Shown here one piece after another: positions 14,754 to 23,765 of a stretch of DNA of 64,000 bases; within the stretch, counting starts at the first letter, position 1; every line of letters starts with the position of its first letter. Origin of the DNA: Acidobacteriota bacterium (GTDB lineage: Bacteria; Acidobacteriota; Vicinamibacteria; Marinacidobacterales; Marinacidobacteraceae); NCBI GenBank assembly GCA_028877265.1, contig JAPPGX010000191.1, positions 66,144 through 130,143 on the forward strand, read 5' to 3'. A program made the position numbers and the translations under genes. The notes beneath the pieces were generated by a model. It saw only the letters and a program-made list of their open reading frames with translations. It was not told the origin of the DNA and did not search any database.

Positions 14754-15857
14754 ATGGCCGACACGGCCTCGCTGCTCGACAGTTGGGAGAGCGAGGTCCA
14801 GGCGGCCTGGCTCTACCTGGTGCTCGCGGAGATCGAGACCGGAGAGAACAAGCGCCTCTTCGAAGCGCTCTCGGCGGACGCGCTGGAACAGAGCAAGTCG
14901 TGGGTCAAGGCGATCGAGGACGCGGGTGGTTCGCCTCCCGGCCCCTACGAGGCGCCCTTCCGGGTGCGGCTCGTGGGCACGCTGATCCGGCGGATCGGCC
15001 CGCGCTCGCTGCTGCCCGCGCTCGCCGCGCTGAAGGTGCGCGGCCTCTCCGTCTACCGGGCGGCGCCGTCGAGCCTCGAGGTGCTCATCGCGCAGGAGGC
15101 CGGTTCGAGCGTCCGCGCGGAGTCCCGCGATCACCTGCTGGGCGAAGAGCAGCGCCACCTCTACACCCGCGGGGCGGTCGCGCTTCACGCCGCGATCTTC
15201 GGGGCGAACGACGGGCTGGTGTCGAACACGGCCCTCATCCTGGCCGCGACGGGCGCCGGCGCCTCTCCGGGCACGGCGCTCCTCATCGGCGCCGCCGGAA
15301 TGGTGGCGGGCGCCGTTTCGATGGCCACCGGGGAGTACCTCGGGGTGCGCTCGCGGATCGAACTCTACGAGCGGCAGATCGCGCTCGAGGAGGAGGAGTT
15401 GCGGCTCTACCCGGACGACGAGGCCGAGGAGCTGGCGATGATCTTCGAGGCGCGTGGTCTCGAGCGCGAGGCCGCCCGCGATCTCGGCAAGCGCCTGATC
15501 AGCGAGCCCGCCCGCGCGCTCGATGTGCTGACGCGCGAGGAACTCGGCCTGAATCCGGACGATCTGGGTTCGCCCTGGGCATCGGCGCTGGCCTCGCTGC
15601 TGAGCTTCGGCGGCGGAGCGCTGGTCCCGCTGCTTCCCCTCGCGCTCCTCCCGGCGCTCGGTCTGGGCAGCGGCCCCGCACTGCTCGGAGCGGTGGCCCT
15701 GAGCGGGGTGGCGCTTTTCGTGTCGGGGGCGGCGACGAGCCTGTTCACGGGCCGTTCCGGCATTCGCAGCGGCTTTCGACTGGCCTCCGTGGGGCTTGCG
15801 CTCTCGGGTGTCCTTTACGGTCTCGGGCTCGTCGTCGGGGCGAGCCTCGGCGGCTGA
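14754..15857 (+). CDS. VIT1/CCC1-family iron/manganese transporter with an N-terminal ferritin-like domain
   Basis: 'HAAIFGANDGLVSNTALILAATGA' is the VIT family signature. The protein has a glutamate-rich cytosolic helix (EEEELRLYPDDEAEELA) and five TM segments. An N-terminal four-helix-like domain reads 'ESEVQAAWLYLVLAEIE'. Confidence 0.85.
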   Translation: MADTASLLDSWESEVQAAWLYLVLAEIETGENKRLFEALSADALEQSKSWVKAIEDAGGSPPGPYEAPFRVRLVGTLIRRIGPRSLLPALAALKVRGLSVYRAAPSSLEVLIAQEAGSSVRAESRDHLLGEEQRHLYTRGAVALHAAIFGANDGLVSNTALILAATGAGASPGTALLIGAAGMVAGAVSMATGEYLGVRSRIELYERQIALEEEELRLYPDDEAEELAMIFEARGLEREAARDLGKRLISEPARALDVLTREELGLNPDDLGSPWASALASLLSFGGGALVPLLPLALLPALGLGSGPALLGAVALSGVALFVSGAATSLFTGRSGIRSGFRLASVGLALSGVLYGLGLVVGASLGG

Positions 15858-15864
15858 GGGCGAC

Positions 15865-16749
15865 ATGTTCAGGGGACGAGCGTCTGGTGCGGCGCTCGCC
15901 GCCCTCACGCTCCTGCTGGCGCTCGCCACGGGATGCGGATCGGATGACGCTCCCGCGCCCACGGCTCCGCCGCCTCTGGAGCCGCCCCCGGTCGGGCCGC
16001 CGCCGAACACGCTCGATCTTCCCGACGACCCCGGACATTTCTTCCTGGAAGTCTGGGAGGGCCCGGGTTTCGTTCCCATCGAATACTCGCTGGGACGGCC
16101 GCCCCGCTACGCGGTGACCGTCGGGGGCGAGCTCTATAGCGAGGGGCCGACCATCCAGATCTTTCCCGGCCCGCTGCTGCCGAACATCCAGGTGGGGCGG
16201 CTCTCCGCGGAGGACTTGGCGGCGATCATCGAGGCGACCGCGTCGACCGGGATCTCCCAGCTCGGGGAGGTGAACATTCCCCAGCCCACCACGGGTCCCG
16301 TGATCGCCGACGCGCCGACCTACGAGGTGGTGCTGCGTGACCGGCAGGGTTCGCACCTGCTCCGCATCGAGGCCCTGGGCTCGATATCGCACACCGATCC
16401 CCGGGTGATCGCGGTCCGCGAACTGATGCAGCGCCTCGACGAGGCCATCGCCGACACCGAGGCCGAGGTCTACCTCGGCGAACGCGTGCAGGTGTACGTC
16501 AGCGAGGGTCCCATGCCTCCCGAGCCGTCGGTGCTGAACGAGCGGCCCTGGCCGCTTCCGGACCCGCCGCCCGGGGACGAGGATGCGGAGGGCTTCGAGT
16601 GCCGGGTGTACGGGGGACAGGTTGCCGCGGGTCTCCTCGAGATCTTCGCGGACGCCGACCATGGAACGCGGTGGGACTACCACGGCGCCCTTCACCAGAT
16701 CCTCGCCCGTTCCCTGCTGCCTCACGAGGAGGGGTGCCGCACTTCGTGA
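15865..16749 (+). CDS. Hypothetical lipoprotein
   Basis: The internal ATG at 15865 gives MFRGRASGAALAALTLLLALATGCGSDD, which contains a lipobox LATGC. It lies 7 nt after the VIT stop. No family was recognised. Confidence 0.6.
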   Translation: MFRGRASGAALAALTLLLALATGCGSDDAPAPTAPPPLEPPPVGPPPNTLDLPDDPGHFFLEVWEGPGFVPIEYSLGRPPRYAVTVGGELYSEGPTIQIFPGPLLPNIQVGRLSAEDLAAIIEATASTGISQLGEVNIPQPTTGPVIADAPTYEVVLRDRQGSHLLRIEALGSISHTDPRVIAVRELMQRLDEAIADTEAEVYLGERVQVYVSEGPMPPEPSVLNERPWPLPDPPPGDEDAEGFECRVYGGQVAAGLLEIFADADHGTRWDYHGALHQILARSLLPHEEGCRTS

Positions 16750-18266
16750 ACGGCGGCGCAAGCTTCCGGCGTGCGGCGGCCCTGCTGCTCGCGGCGGTGC
16801 TGTGGTCGGCTCCCGTTTCGGCGTTCCAGGAGTTCGACGCCGGGGAGTTCCACGCCTACGTCGAGCAGGCGGTCGCCGACTGGGACGCCACCGGTCTCGC
16901 GGTCGCCGTCGTCCGGGGGCAGGAACTGTTGTTCGCTCGCGGTTACGGCGTCCTCGAACTCGGCAAGCCCGACGCGGTGGACCCCGACACCCTGTTCTCG
17001 GTCGGCTCGACCACCAAGGCGATGACCGCGGCGACGCTCGGCATCCTCGTGGATGAGGGGAAGCTGGCCTGGGACGATCCGGTGCGCCGGCACATCCCCG
17101 AGTTCGAGGTTGACGATCCCTGGGTCAGCGAGGCGATGACCGTGCGCGACCTCCTGACGCACCGCGGCGGGCTGCCGAACACCGATCTCTTCTGGTACGG
17201 CCAGGACACCGACATGGACGAGATGCTGTCGCGGCTCCGCCACGTCGAGCCCGCCTACTCGATGCGGTCCGGGTTCATCTACCAGAACGTGATGTACGCG
17301 ACCGCCGGCGAGGTCGTGAAGCGCGTCTCCGGGATGCCGTGGCATGACTTCGTGGACTCGCGCATCTTCGACCGGCTGGGGATGGAGCGAACGGTGGCCC
17401 TGCTCGCGCTCACCCGGGGCCGCGGCAACGTGGCCTCGCCCCACCATGTGGTGGACGGCGAGACGGTGGTGATCGAGAACGCGCCGGTGGATTCGGTGGC
17501 CGCGGCGGGATCGGTCTGGAGTTCCGTCCGCGAGATGTCGCTCTGGCTGCGCATGCTCCTCGCGTCCGGAGTGGCGGCCGACGGCACGCGGATTCTCAGC
17601 GAAGCGGTGGTCGAGGAGATGTTCCGCCCCCAGGCGCTGGTGGACCGGGCCGGTTTCTACCCGACCCAGCAACTGACGAAGCCCAAGTGGGTGACCTACG
17701 GCCTCGGCTGGTTCCAGCAGGACTACGACGGAGAGGCTCTCGACTTCCACACCGGGAGCATCGACGGGATGGTGGCCATCGCCGGCCTGATCCGGGACGA
17801 GGGGATCGGCGTCTATGTCCTCGGCAACCGCGACCACGTGGAGGTGCGGCACGCGCTGATGCTGCGCGGTCTCGATTCCCTGCTGGGAAAGCCGTTCCGG
17901 GACTGGAGCGCGGAGCTGAAGGAGGTCTACGTCGGCCTGGCCGAAGCGCAGGAGAAGACGCTCGCCGCGCTGCAGGCGGCGCGGACGGAGGACTCGCGGT
18001 CCCACCTCGAGCCGTCCGCGTACGCCGGGACCTACCGCCACGAGGTGGGAGGCGAGATCGTGGTCCGCGCCGGGGAGGAAGGCATCCGCCTCGAGTACGG
18101 CCCGGGTCTTCAGGGGCCGCTCACCCACTGGAGCCACGAGACCTTCCGGGTAGCCTGGGACGCCCGCTGGCGCGGCGAGTTGCTGGTGACCTTTGACCTC
18201 GATTCCGCGGGGAATCCCGCCGGCCTTTCGCTCGGCGAAACGAGGTTCCGGCGCGTCGCGGAGTAG
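16746..18266 (+). CDS. Serine hydrolase of the beta-lactamase / penicillin-binding (class C-like) family, secreted
   Basis: The S-x-x-K motif sits in 'FSVGSTTKAMTAATLGILVDEGKL', and 'LLTHRGGLP' is also present. The proposed GTG start at 16746 overlaps the upstream TGA as GTGA and gives a signal peptide VNGGASFRRAAALLLAAVLWSAPVSA. Confidence 0.8.
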   Translation: MNGGASFRRAAALLLAAVLWSAPVSAFQEFDAGEFHAYVEQAVADWDATGLAVAVVRGQELLFARGYGVLELGKPDAVDPDTLFSVGSTTKAMTAATLGILVDEGKLAWDDPVRRHIPEFEVDDPWVSEAMTVRDLLTHRGGLPNTDLFWYGQDTDMDEMLSRLRHVEPAYSMRSGFIYQNVMYATAGEVVKRVSGMPWHDFVDSRIFDRLGMERTVALLALTRGRGNVASPHHVVDGETVVIENAPVDSVAAAGSVWSSVREMSLWLRMLLASGVAADGTRILSEAVVEEMFRPQALVDRAGFYPTQQLTKPKWVTYGLGWFQQDYDGEALDFHTGSIDGMVAIAGLIRDEGIGVYVLGNRDHVEVRHALMLRGLDSLLGKPFRDWSAELKEVYVGLAEAQEKTLAALQAARTEDSRSHLEPSAYAGTYRHEVGGEIVVRAGEEGIRLEYGPGLQGPLTHWSHETFRVAWDARWRGELLVTFDLDSAGNPAGLSLGETRFRRVAE

Positions 18267-18309
18267 CCTTGACGGCACTGTCGTTCCTTCCTATCCTGCT
18301 CGCACGAAG

Positions 18310-18462
18310 ATGAGGTCCAATACCAGTTTCTGGCAACGTCTTCCCGGCGCGAATCGCCCCGTCGTCAAGAAGATCGCCGGCGCGGCGTTCCTCTTCTTCC
18401 TGATCAAGGGCCTCGTCTGGCTCGGCGTGATTGCGGCCGGAGCGTGGGCCCTGACGCGGTAG
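18310..18462 (+). CDS. Candidate 50-aa single-pass membrane protein
   Basis: The ATG at 18310 gives MRSNTSFWQRLPGANRPVVKKIAGAAFLFFLIKGLVWLGVIAAGAWALTR. It sits between the hydrolase and heme oxygenase on the same strand. No homology was recognised. Confidence 0.35.
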   Translation: MRSNTSFWQRLPGANRPVVKKIAGAAFLFFLIKGLVWLGVIAAGAWALTR

Positions 18463-18478
18463 CCACGAGTTGTCGGCC

Positions 18479-19099
18479 ATGACCGGAGGACTCGCGGATC
18501 GCCTCAAGGCGGGGACCGCCGACCAGCACGCTGCGGCGGAGAACCACGTCTTCCAGCAAGACCTGGTCCGGGGCGAGGTTTCGCGCACGGCGCTCGTCGC
18601 GCACCAGTCCGCGATGCTCGATCTCGTCCGCCTGATCCACGCGCGCCTCCTCGCCCAGGGGCCGGACTGGCAGGACTTCGCCCAGGCCATGGGTGGCCAC
18701 GCCGGGAGGCTGGCCCACGATCTGGAGGAACTCGGCGGCGAATCTCAGGAACGGCCCTCCCGGGCGGTCATGGAGTTCGCCGGTGCGTTGGGCGGCGCGC
18801 GCTGGACTCCGGAAGCGACTCTCGCGGCCTTCTACGTGATCGAGGGCTCCATGAACGGCAACCGTTTCATCCGCCGCGTGCTCGTGGAGAACCGTCCGGA
18901 GCTGGCCGGTTGCCTGCGTTACTTCGATCCCTACGGTCAGGGTCAGCGGGCCCGCTGGAAGGAGTTCCGGAGCGCTATCGACAGGATCGGTGCGACGCTT
19001 TCCGACCCCGAGGCGGCGGTCCGCGCCGCGCGGGAGACGTTCACGCTGGCGGGAACGTTGGCGAGCGAGGCCCAGGCCGCGGACGCGGTAGCCGCCTGA
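18479..19099 (+). CDS. Heme oxygenase (biliverdin-producing) family protein
   Basis: 'LADRLKAGTADQHAAAENHVF' includes the proximal His region. 'FYVIEGSMNGNRFI' corresponds to the conserved YVxEGSxxGG block. The protein is about 200 aa. Confidence 0.7.
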   Translation: MTGGLADRLKAGTADQHAAAENHVFQQDLVRGEVSRTALVAHQSAMLDLVRLIHARLLAQGPDWQDFAQAMGGHAGRLAHDLEELGGESQERPSRAVMEFAGALGGARWTPEATLAAFYVIEGSMNGNRFIRRVLVENRPELAGCLRYFDPYGQGQRARWKEFRSAIDRIGATLSDPEAAVRAARETFTLAGTLASEAQAADAVAA

Positions 19100-19127
19100 G
19101 GCGCCAGGAGACGAAACCCGGGATCCG

Positions 19128-19472
19128 ATGGCCGACTGCTGGATCGCGCTGACGACCCTGTCGAGCCGGGAGCAGGCCGAGCAACTGGCTGAGGCGCTGG
19201 TGGCGGAACGCCTTGCCGCCTGCGTCAACGTGCTCGGACCGGTAGCGTCCATCTACCGGTGGGAGGGCAAGGTCGCGCGCGACGAAGAAGTTCTTCTCCT
19301 CATCAAGACCACGAAGACGGGCGTCGCACCGCTGCAGACACGGGTGCTCGAACTCCACCCCTACGACACCCCTGAATTCCTCGCCTTCGAGGTCGGCTCC
19401 GGCTCGGCCGGGTACCTGGACTGGGTGGTGGATTCGGTCGCATCGGCCAGGCCGGACGAAGCGGAACCCTGA
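19128..19472 (+). CDS. cutA: Divalent-cation tolerance protein CutA
   Basis: 'AEALVAERLAACVNVLGPVASIYRWEGKV..DEEVLLLIKTT' and 'LHPYDTPEFLAFEV' are classic CutA1 blocks. The protein is 114 aa. Confidence 0.85.
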   Translation: MADCWIALTTLSSREQAEQLAEALVAERLAACVNVLGPVASIYRWEGKVARDEEVLLLIKTTKTGVAPLQTRVLELHPYDTPEFLAFEVGSGSAGYLDWVVDSVASARPDEAEP

Positions 19473-19572
19473 CCCTGGGCCGCGCGGCGGCGCGCGCTGC
19501 CGCGCCCGGCGGCAACGCATTTGCGCCGGCCCCCCGCCGCGACCCATATTCAGTCTGCGGGAGGCGACGGAC

Positions 19573-22458
19573 ATGAGGCATGGTCGGACGGGGGCTCTTT
19601 CGGTATGGCCGCTTGCCGCGGCACTCGGTTGCGCGCTGCTGCCGGCGCTTGCCTGCACTCCGGACCAGGCCCCGCGAACGAGGCTGCTCATGGACGACGG
19701 GTGGCGCTTCTTTCGGGGCCGGGCGGAGGGATTCGTGCCGCTGCCTCAGGGGAATTCCGTCGAGACCTGGCGATTCCGGATGAGCGAGGCGGGGGAAGCG
19801 GAAGCGGAAACCCTGGCGGCGCCGGGGCTCGACGTCTCCGGTTGGCCGGAAGCGGCCCCGGGCGACGATGTGTTCGCGGGACAGCCGGGATTCGCCTGGT
19901 TCCGGGCGGAACTCGGTGCGCTGCCGCCGGGGCCCACCGGCCGGCCCCGGATCTACTTCCAGTCGGTGGACGACAACGCCACCGTGTACCTGAACGGCAA
20001 CCGTCTGGTGTACCACGAGGGTGCCGGGGCGCCCTTCGAGGTCACCCTGGACTCCGGTCAGGCCTGGAACCCGGGTGGGCCCAACGCGTTGGCGGTGCTG
20101 GTGGAGAACACCGGCGGCTCCGGCGGCATCGCGGGCGCCTCCTACTACAACCGGCCGGCCCATTGGCAAGACGACCCGGCAATGCGGTCGGCCCCTACGG
20201 CGGCGCCGGACTTCGACGACAGCGGCTGGGAGGAGGTCCGCGTTCCCCACGACTTCGTGGTGGGCGGCGAATTCGATCCCAGGGGGGCCGACAAGCCCGG
20301 CGGGAAGCGTCCCGGCTTCAACGAGCTCTGGTACGACCGGGACCATGGTTACAAGCCGAAGGGCGTCGGCTGGTACCGCCGGTCTTTCGACCTTCCGGCG
20401 GCCGACCGGGGAAAACGGATCTGGCTCGAGTTCGACGGGGTGTACCGGAACAGCGATGTGTGGGTGAACGGGGAGTGGCTCGGCCACCACTGGAGCGGCT
20501 ACACCGGGTTCCACTACGACATCACGGACGTGGCCGATTTCGGCGGCCGGAACGTCGTCGCGGTCCGCGCTGACGCGGACTGGGACGAGGGCTGGTGGTA
20601 CGAGGGCGGGGGCATCTACCGTCATGTCTGGCTGACCAAGCTGGACCCGCTGCACGTCGGGCGCTGGGGCACCTTCGTAACCACGCCGGAGGTGACGGAC
20701 GAATCGGCCCTGGTGCAGGTCGAGACCACCCTCGTCAATGACGGGGCCGTGCCGGCGGACGGCGCGCTCCGGATCGCGCTGATCGACGCGGAGGGCACCA
20801 CGGTCGCGACCACGGACACCACCGGCACTGTTCCCGCCCGGGGTGAGCTGGAGTTTCGCCAGGAGCTGGCGATCGAGGATCCGACGCTCTGGTCCCTGGA
20901 CGACCCCTACCTCTACACCGTGCAGACCACCGTGGAGGCGGGCGGACGGGTCACGGACCAGACCGGGACGCCGTTCGGCGTGCGGACGTTCCGCTTCGGC
21001 GGAGACGGTTTCTTCCTGAACGGCGAACACGTGAAGATCAACGGCGCCAACCTCCACACCGACTTTGCCGGGGTGGGAGTGGCCCTCCCGGACCGGATCA
21101 ACGTCTACCGGCTCGAGAAGCTCAGGGAGATGGGAGCGAACGCCATCCGCACCTCGCACAACCCGCCCGCGGCCGAGGTACTGGACGCGGCGGACCGGCT
21201 CGGGATGCTGGTGCTCGTCGAAAACCGACACATGGGCACTTCGGACGACGTGATCGGTGACGTCGAGAGCATGGTGCGGCGAGACCGGAACCATCCGAGC
21301 GTCATCGGCTGGAGCATGAACAACGAGGGCCTGCGGCAGGGTCCCGAGGTGGCCGGCGAGCAGCTGCGGGCGATGCACGCCGCGATCAAGCGGCTGGACC
21401 CCACCCGGCCCACGACGGGGAGCGTGGGTCCGCTGACCGGCGCCACTTCTCCCGACGAGATCGGGACGGAGCGGAATCTCATCAGCCTGGCGGAGGTCAT
21501 CGATGCCCGGGGGTTCGATCCGGCCAACTACGACGAGTACCACGCCGCCAACCCGGACCGGCCCATGCTGGCCCTCGAGGCCGGCTACGACCTCACCACC
21601 CGCGGGGTCTACGTGGACGACGAAGCCAGGGGCCACCACAGCTCCTATGACACCTCGGCAGCGGAGACGTGGGGACGGATCGCGGGGACCGACTACGTCT
21701 CGGGAGGTTTCGTCTGGAACGGAATGGATTACCGGGGCGAGCCGTTCCCCTTCGACTGGCCGGTCGTCACCGCCCAGTACGGCTTCATGGACACCTGCGG
21801 CTTCCCGAAGGACAACTACTACTACTACCGGTCCGCCTGGAGCTCGGACCCGCTCGTCCACCTGTTCCCGCACTGGAATGCGCCGCCCACCGCAGATGAC
21901 GGGACCGTGGAGGTCCGGTCCTTCAACAACTGCGAAGCCGTCGAACTGTTCCTCAACGGGGAGAGCCAGGGCCTGAAGGACCGCGAGCCCTACTCGGGCC
22001 TCTCGTGGGAGGTCCCGTGGGAGCCCGGGTCGCTCACGGCGACCTGTTACCGGGACGGGGAAGCCGTGGCGGAGACCCGGCGCGAGACCACCGGCGAGCC
22101 GGCCGGAATCGTGCTGGAGCCGGACCGGTCAACCATCCATGCGGATGGCGAAGACGTGTCGCTGGTCAAGGTCCTGATCGTGGATTCGGAGGGTCGGAAC
22201 GTCCCCACCGCCGGCAACGAGGTTCAGTTCCGGGTGGACGGACCGGGAGAGATCATCGGGGTGGGGAATGGCGATCCGTCGAGCCACGAGCCGGACCTGG
22301 CTGAGAGCCGCCGTGCGTTCAACGGCTTGGCCCTCGTCATCGTCCAGGCATCCAGGGAGCCCGGGACGATCCGCCTGATCGCGGAGTCGCCGGGGCTCGA
22401 GACCACCGCCGTCGAGATCACCGCGGCAACGGCGCCGATCCGCCCCCGCGTGCCGTAG
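19573..22458 (+). CDS. Glycoside hydrolase family 2 (beta-galactosidase/beta-glucuronidase-like) lipoprotein
   Basis: A lipobox is present in MRHGRTGALSVWPLAAALGCALLPALAC. Family blocks are 'VWVNGEWLGHHWSGYTGFHYDIT', 'NAIRTSHNPP' and 'WSMNNEG' (acid/base Glu region), followed by C-terminal Ig-like domains. Confidence 0.85.
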   Translation: MRHGRTGALSVWPLAAALGCALLPALACTPDQAPRTRLLMDDGWRFFRGRAEGFVPLPQGNSVETWRFRMSEAGEAEAETLAAPGLDVSGWPEAAPGDDVFAGQPGFAWFRAELGALPPGPTGRPRIYFQSVDDNATVYLNGNRLVYHEGAGAPFEVTLDSGQAWNPGGPNALAVLVENTGGSGGIAGASYYNRPAHWQDDPAMRSAPTAAPDFDDSGWEEVRVPHDFVVGGEFDPRGADKPGGKRPGFNELWYDRDHGYKPKGVGWYRRSFDLPAADRGKRIWLEFDGVYRNSDVWVNGEWLGHHWSGYTGFHYDITDVADFGGRNVVAVRADADWDEGWWYEGGGIYRHVWLTKLDPLHVGRWGTFVTTPEVTDESALVQVETTLVNDGAVPADGALRIALIDAEGTTVATTDTTGTVPARGELEFRQELAIEDPTLWSLDDPYLYTVQTTVEAGGRVTDQTGTPFGVRTFRFGGDGFFLNGEHVKINGANLHTDFAGVGVALPDRINVYRLEKLREMGANAIRTSHNPPAAEVLDAADRLGMLVLVENRHMGTSDDVIGDVESMVRRDRNHPSVIGWSMNNEGLRQGPEVAGEQLRAMHAAIKRLDPTRPTTGSVGPLTGATSPDEIGTERNLISLAEVIDARGFDPANYDEYHAANPDRPMLALEAGYDLTTRGVYVDDEARGHHSSYDTSAAETWGRIAGTDYVSGGFVWNGMDYRGEPFPFDWPVVTAQYGFMDTCGFPKDNYYYYRSAWSSDPLVHLFPHWNAPPTADDGTVEVRSFNNCEAVELFLNGESQGLKDREPYSGLSWEVPWEPGSLTATCYRDGEAVAETRRETTGEPAGIVLEPDRSTIHADGEDVSLVKVLIVDSEGRNVPTAGNEVQFRVDGPGEIIGVGNGDPSSHEPDLAESRRAFNGLALVIVQASREPGTIRLIAESPGLETTAVEITAATAPIRPRVP

Positions 22459-22696
22459 GGAACGCCGGTCTTCAGACCGGCACCGCTGCGCGAGAGCGCA
22501 GCGAAACCGCGACTCTGTACCGCGCGGTATGGCGCCCACGGCTTGGAACGCCGGCTTCAGCCGGCACAGCCCGCCGAAGGCGGGCGGCGAGACCTCATTC
22601 GCCGGGATGGCGCGGCTGCGCACGCCAATCCACCAGGGGTAGCGAAGAACCGCCCGCGGCCCTGCGGGCCGCTGTGCCGGCTGAAGCCGGCGTTCC
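22459..22696. repeat. Three copies of a roughly 26-nt REP-like hairpin unit. Copies 2 and 3 form a 26-bp perfect inverted repeat.
   Basis: Copy 1 is ggaacgccggtcttcagaccggcac (22459-22483). Copy 2 is ggaacgccggcttcagccggcacagc (22545-22570). Copy 3 (22671-22696) is the exact reverse complement of copy 2. The element lies between convergent gene ends at 22458 and 22754. Confidence 0.85.
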
Positions 22697-22753
22697 GGGC
22701 CGGCGCCACCATCACGACTAGGAACGTCTCACCCGGACGCTCCCCGGCCCCGT

Positions 22754-23719
22754 CTACTCCGCGATCCGCACCGCCGCGAGCTGCGCCCGGAGCTCCTCGT
22801 TCCCCGGCGCCTCCACGAACGTGTCGAACTCCAGGAAGTAGTTCCCCGGGTCGTAACCCACAAAGACGGTGACCCGGTCGCTCTCGCTGGTGATTCCGGT
22901 GCGGGAGCGGTAGCCCTCGGCCCTTTCGAGGTGCTCATGCCAGGGCGTCACGTCCTCCACGAAGAAGCTCACCGTCACCGCCTTGTCCTCGGTGAAGGAG
23001 TGCATGCCGCGGGTCGAATCCACCAGGCCGATGAATCCGGCGTAAGAGGTGCGCAGCCCCTTCACCCAGCCCTGGTCCAGGCTCTCGGGGAAGCCGAACG
23101 TCGTCTGGTACCAGTCGAGCATCTCGGGGATGTCCGGGTAGTAGAGCCAGACGATCATGGCCTCGAAACCCATTCCGGGCCCGGCCGCCGCCTCGTTCCC
23201 GCCGAGCGGCTCGGTAGTGTCCAGGATGGGCATCAGGTCCACGTTCTCGGCGTGGGGAAGGAAGCGCTCGAACTCCAGGATGTAGCCGCCGGGATCGAAG
23301 ACCGTGAAGCCGTGATGCGGAGCCTCGGGATCGGCCCCCTCCGCATCGAAGCGGCTCCGGAAGTTCGCGCCCGCGTCGTCGAGCCGCGCCTGCCAGTCCG
23401 CCAGCCGATCCGTGATGAGGGCGAAGGCCACCGTCTTCGGCTCGTCGGCGCTGTGCATCCCTTCGGCCTCGTCCACAAGCGTCAGATACGCGGACTCCGC
23501 GACCTGGAAGATCTTGGCGAACCCGAAGTCGGAGGCGAGCGGGAGTCCGAGCGTGTCGCGATAGAACGCCTCGGCCTCGGCCAGGTCGCTGTAGTAGAGG
23601 AAGGCGTTCTGGGCGAGGATCGGGGGCAGGGGTTCCGCCGGGTCCGCTGGCGCGTCGGCCGTTTCGGGCGGCGCCGAGCAGGCGGCGGCGAGGATCAGGG
23701 CAGGAAGAAGGCGATGCAT
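22754..23719 (-). CDS. VOC (glyoxalase/bleomycin-resistance/dioxygenase) superfamily lipoprotein with two tandem VOC domains
   Basis: A lipobox is present in MHRLLPALILAAACS. Repeated 'A..FY.DTLG(L/F)P' style N-terminal VOC strands occur twice (FYRDTLGLPL and WYQTTFGFPE), along with 'GYILEFERF' and 'NYFLEFDTF'. Confidence 0.65.
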   Translation of the reverse strand: MHRLLPALILAAACSAPPETADAPADPAEPLPPILAQNAFLYYSDLAEAEAFYRDTLGLPLASDFGFAKIFQVAESAYLTLVDEAEGMHSADEPKTVAFALITDRLADWQARLDDAGANFRSRFDAEGADPEAPHHGFTVFDPGGYILEFERFLPHAENVDLMPILDTTEPLGGNEAAAGPGMGFEAMIVWLYYPDIPEMLDWYQTTFGFPESLDQGWVKGLRTSYAGFIGLVDSTRGMHSFTEDKAVTVSFFVEDVTPWHEHLERAEGYRSRTGITSESDRVTVFVGYDPGNYFLEFDTFVEAPGNEELRAQLAAVRIAE

Positions 23720-23765
23720 GGCCCGGAAACTAACACCGGGCTTTCCACCCCGACAACGGGCTCCC

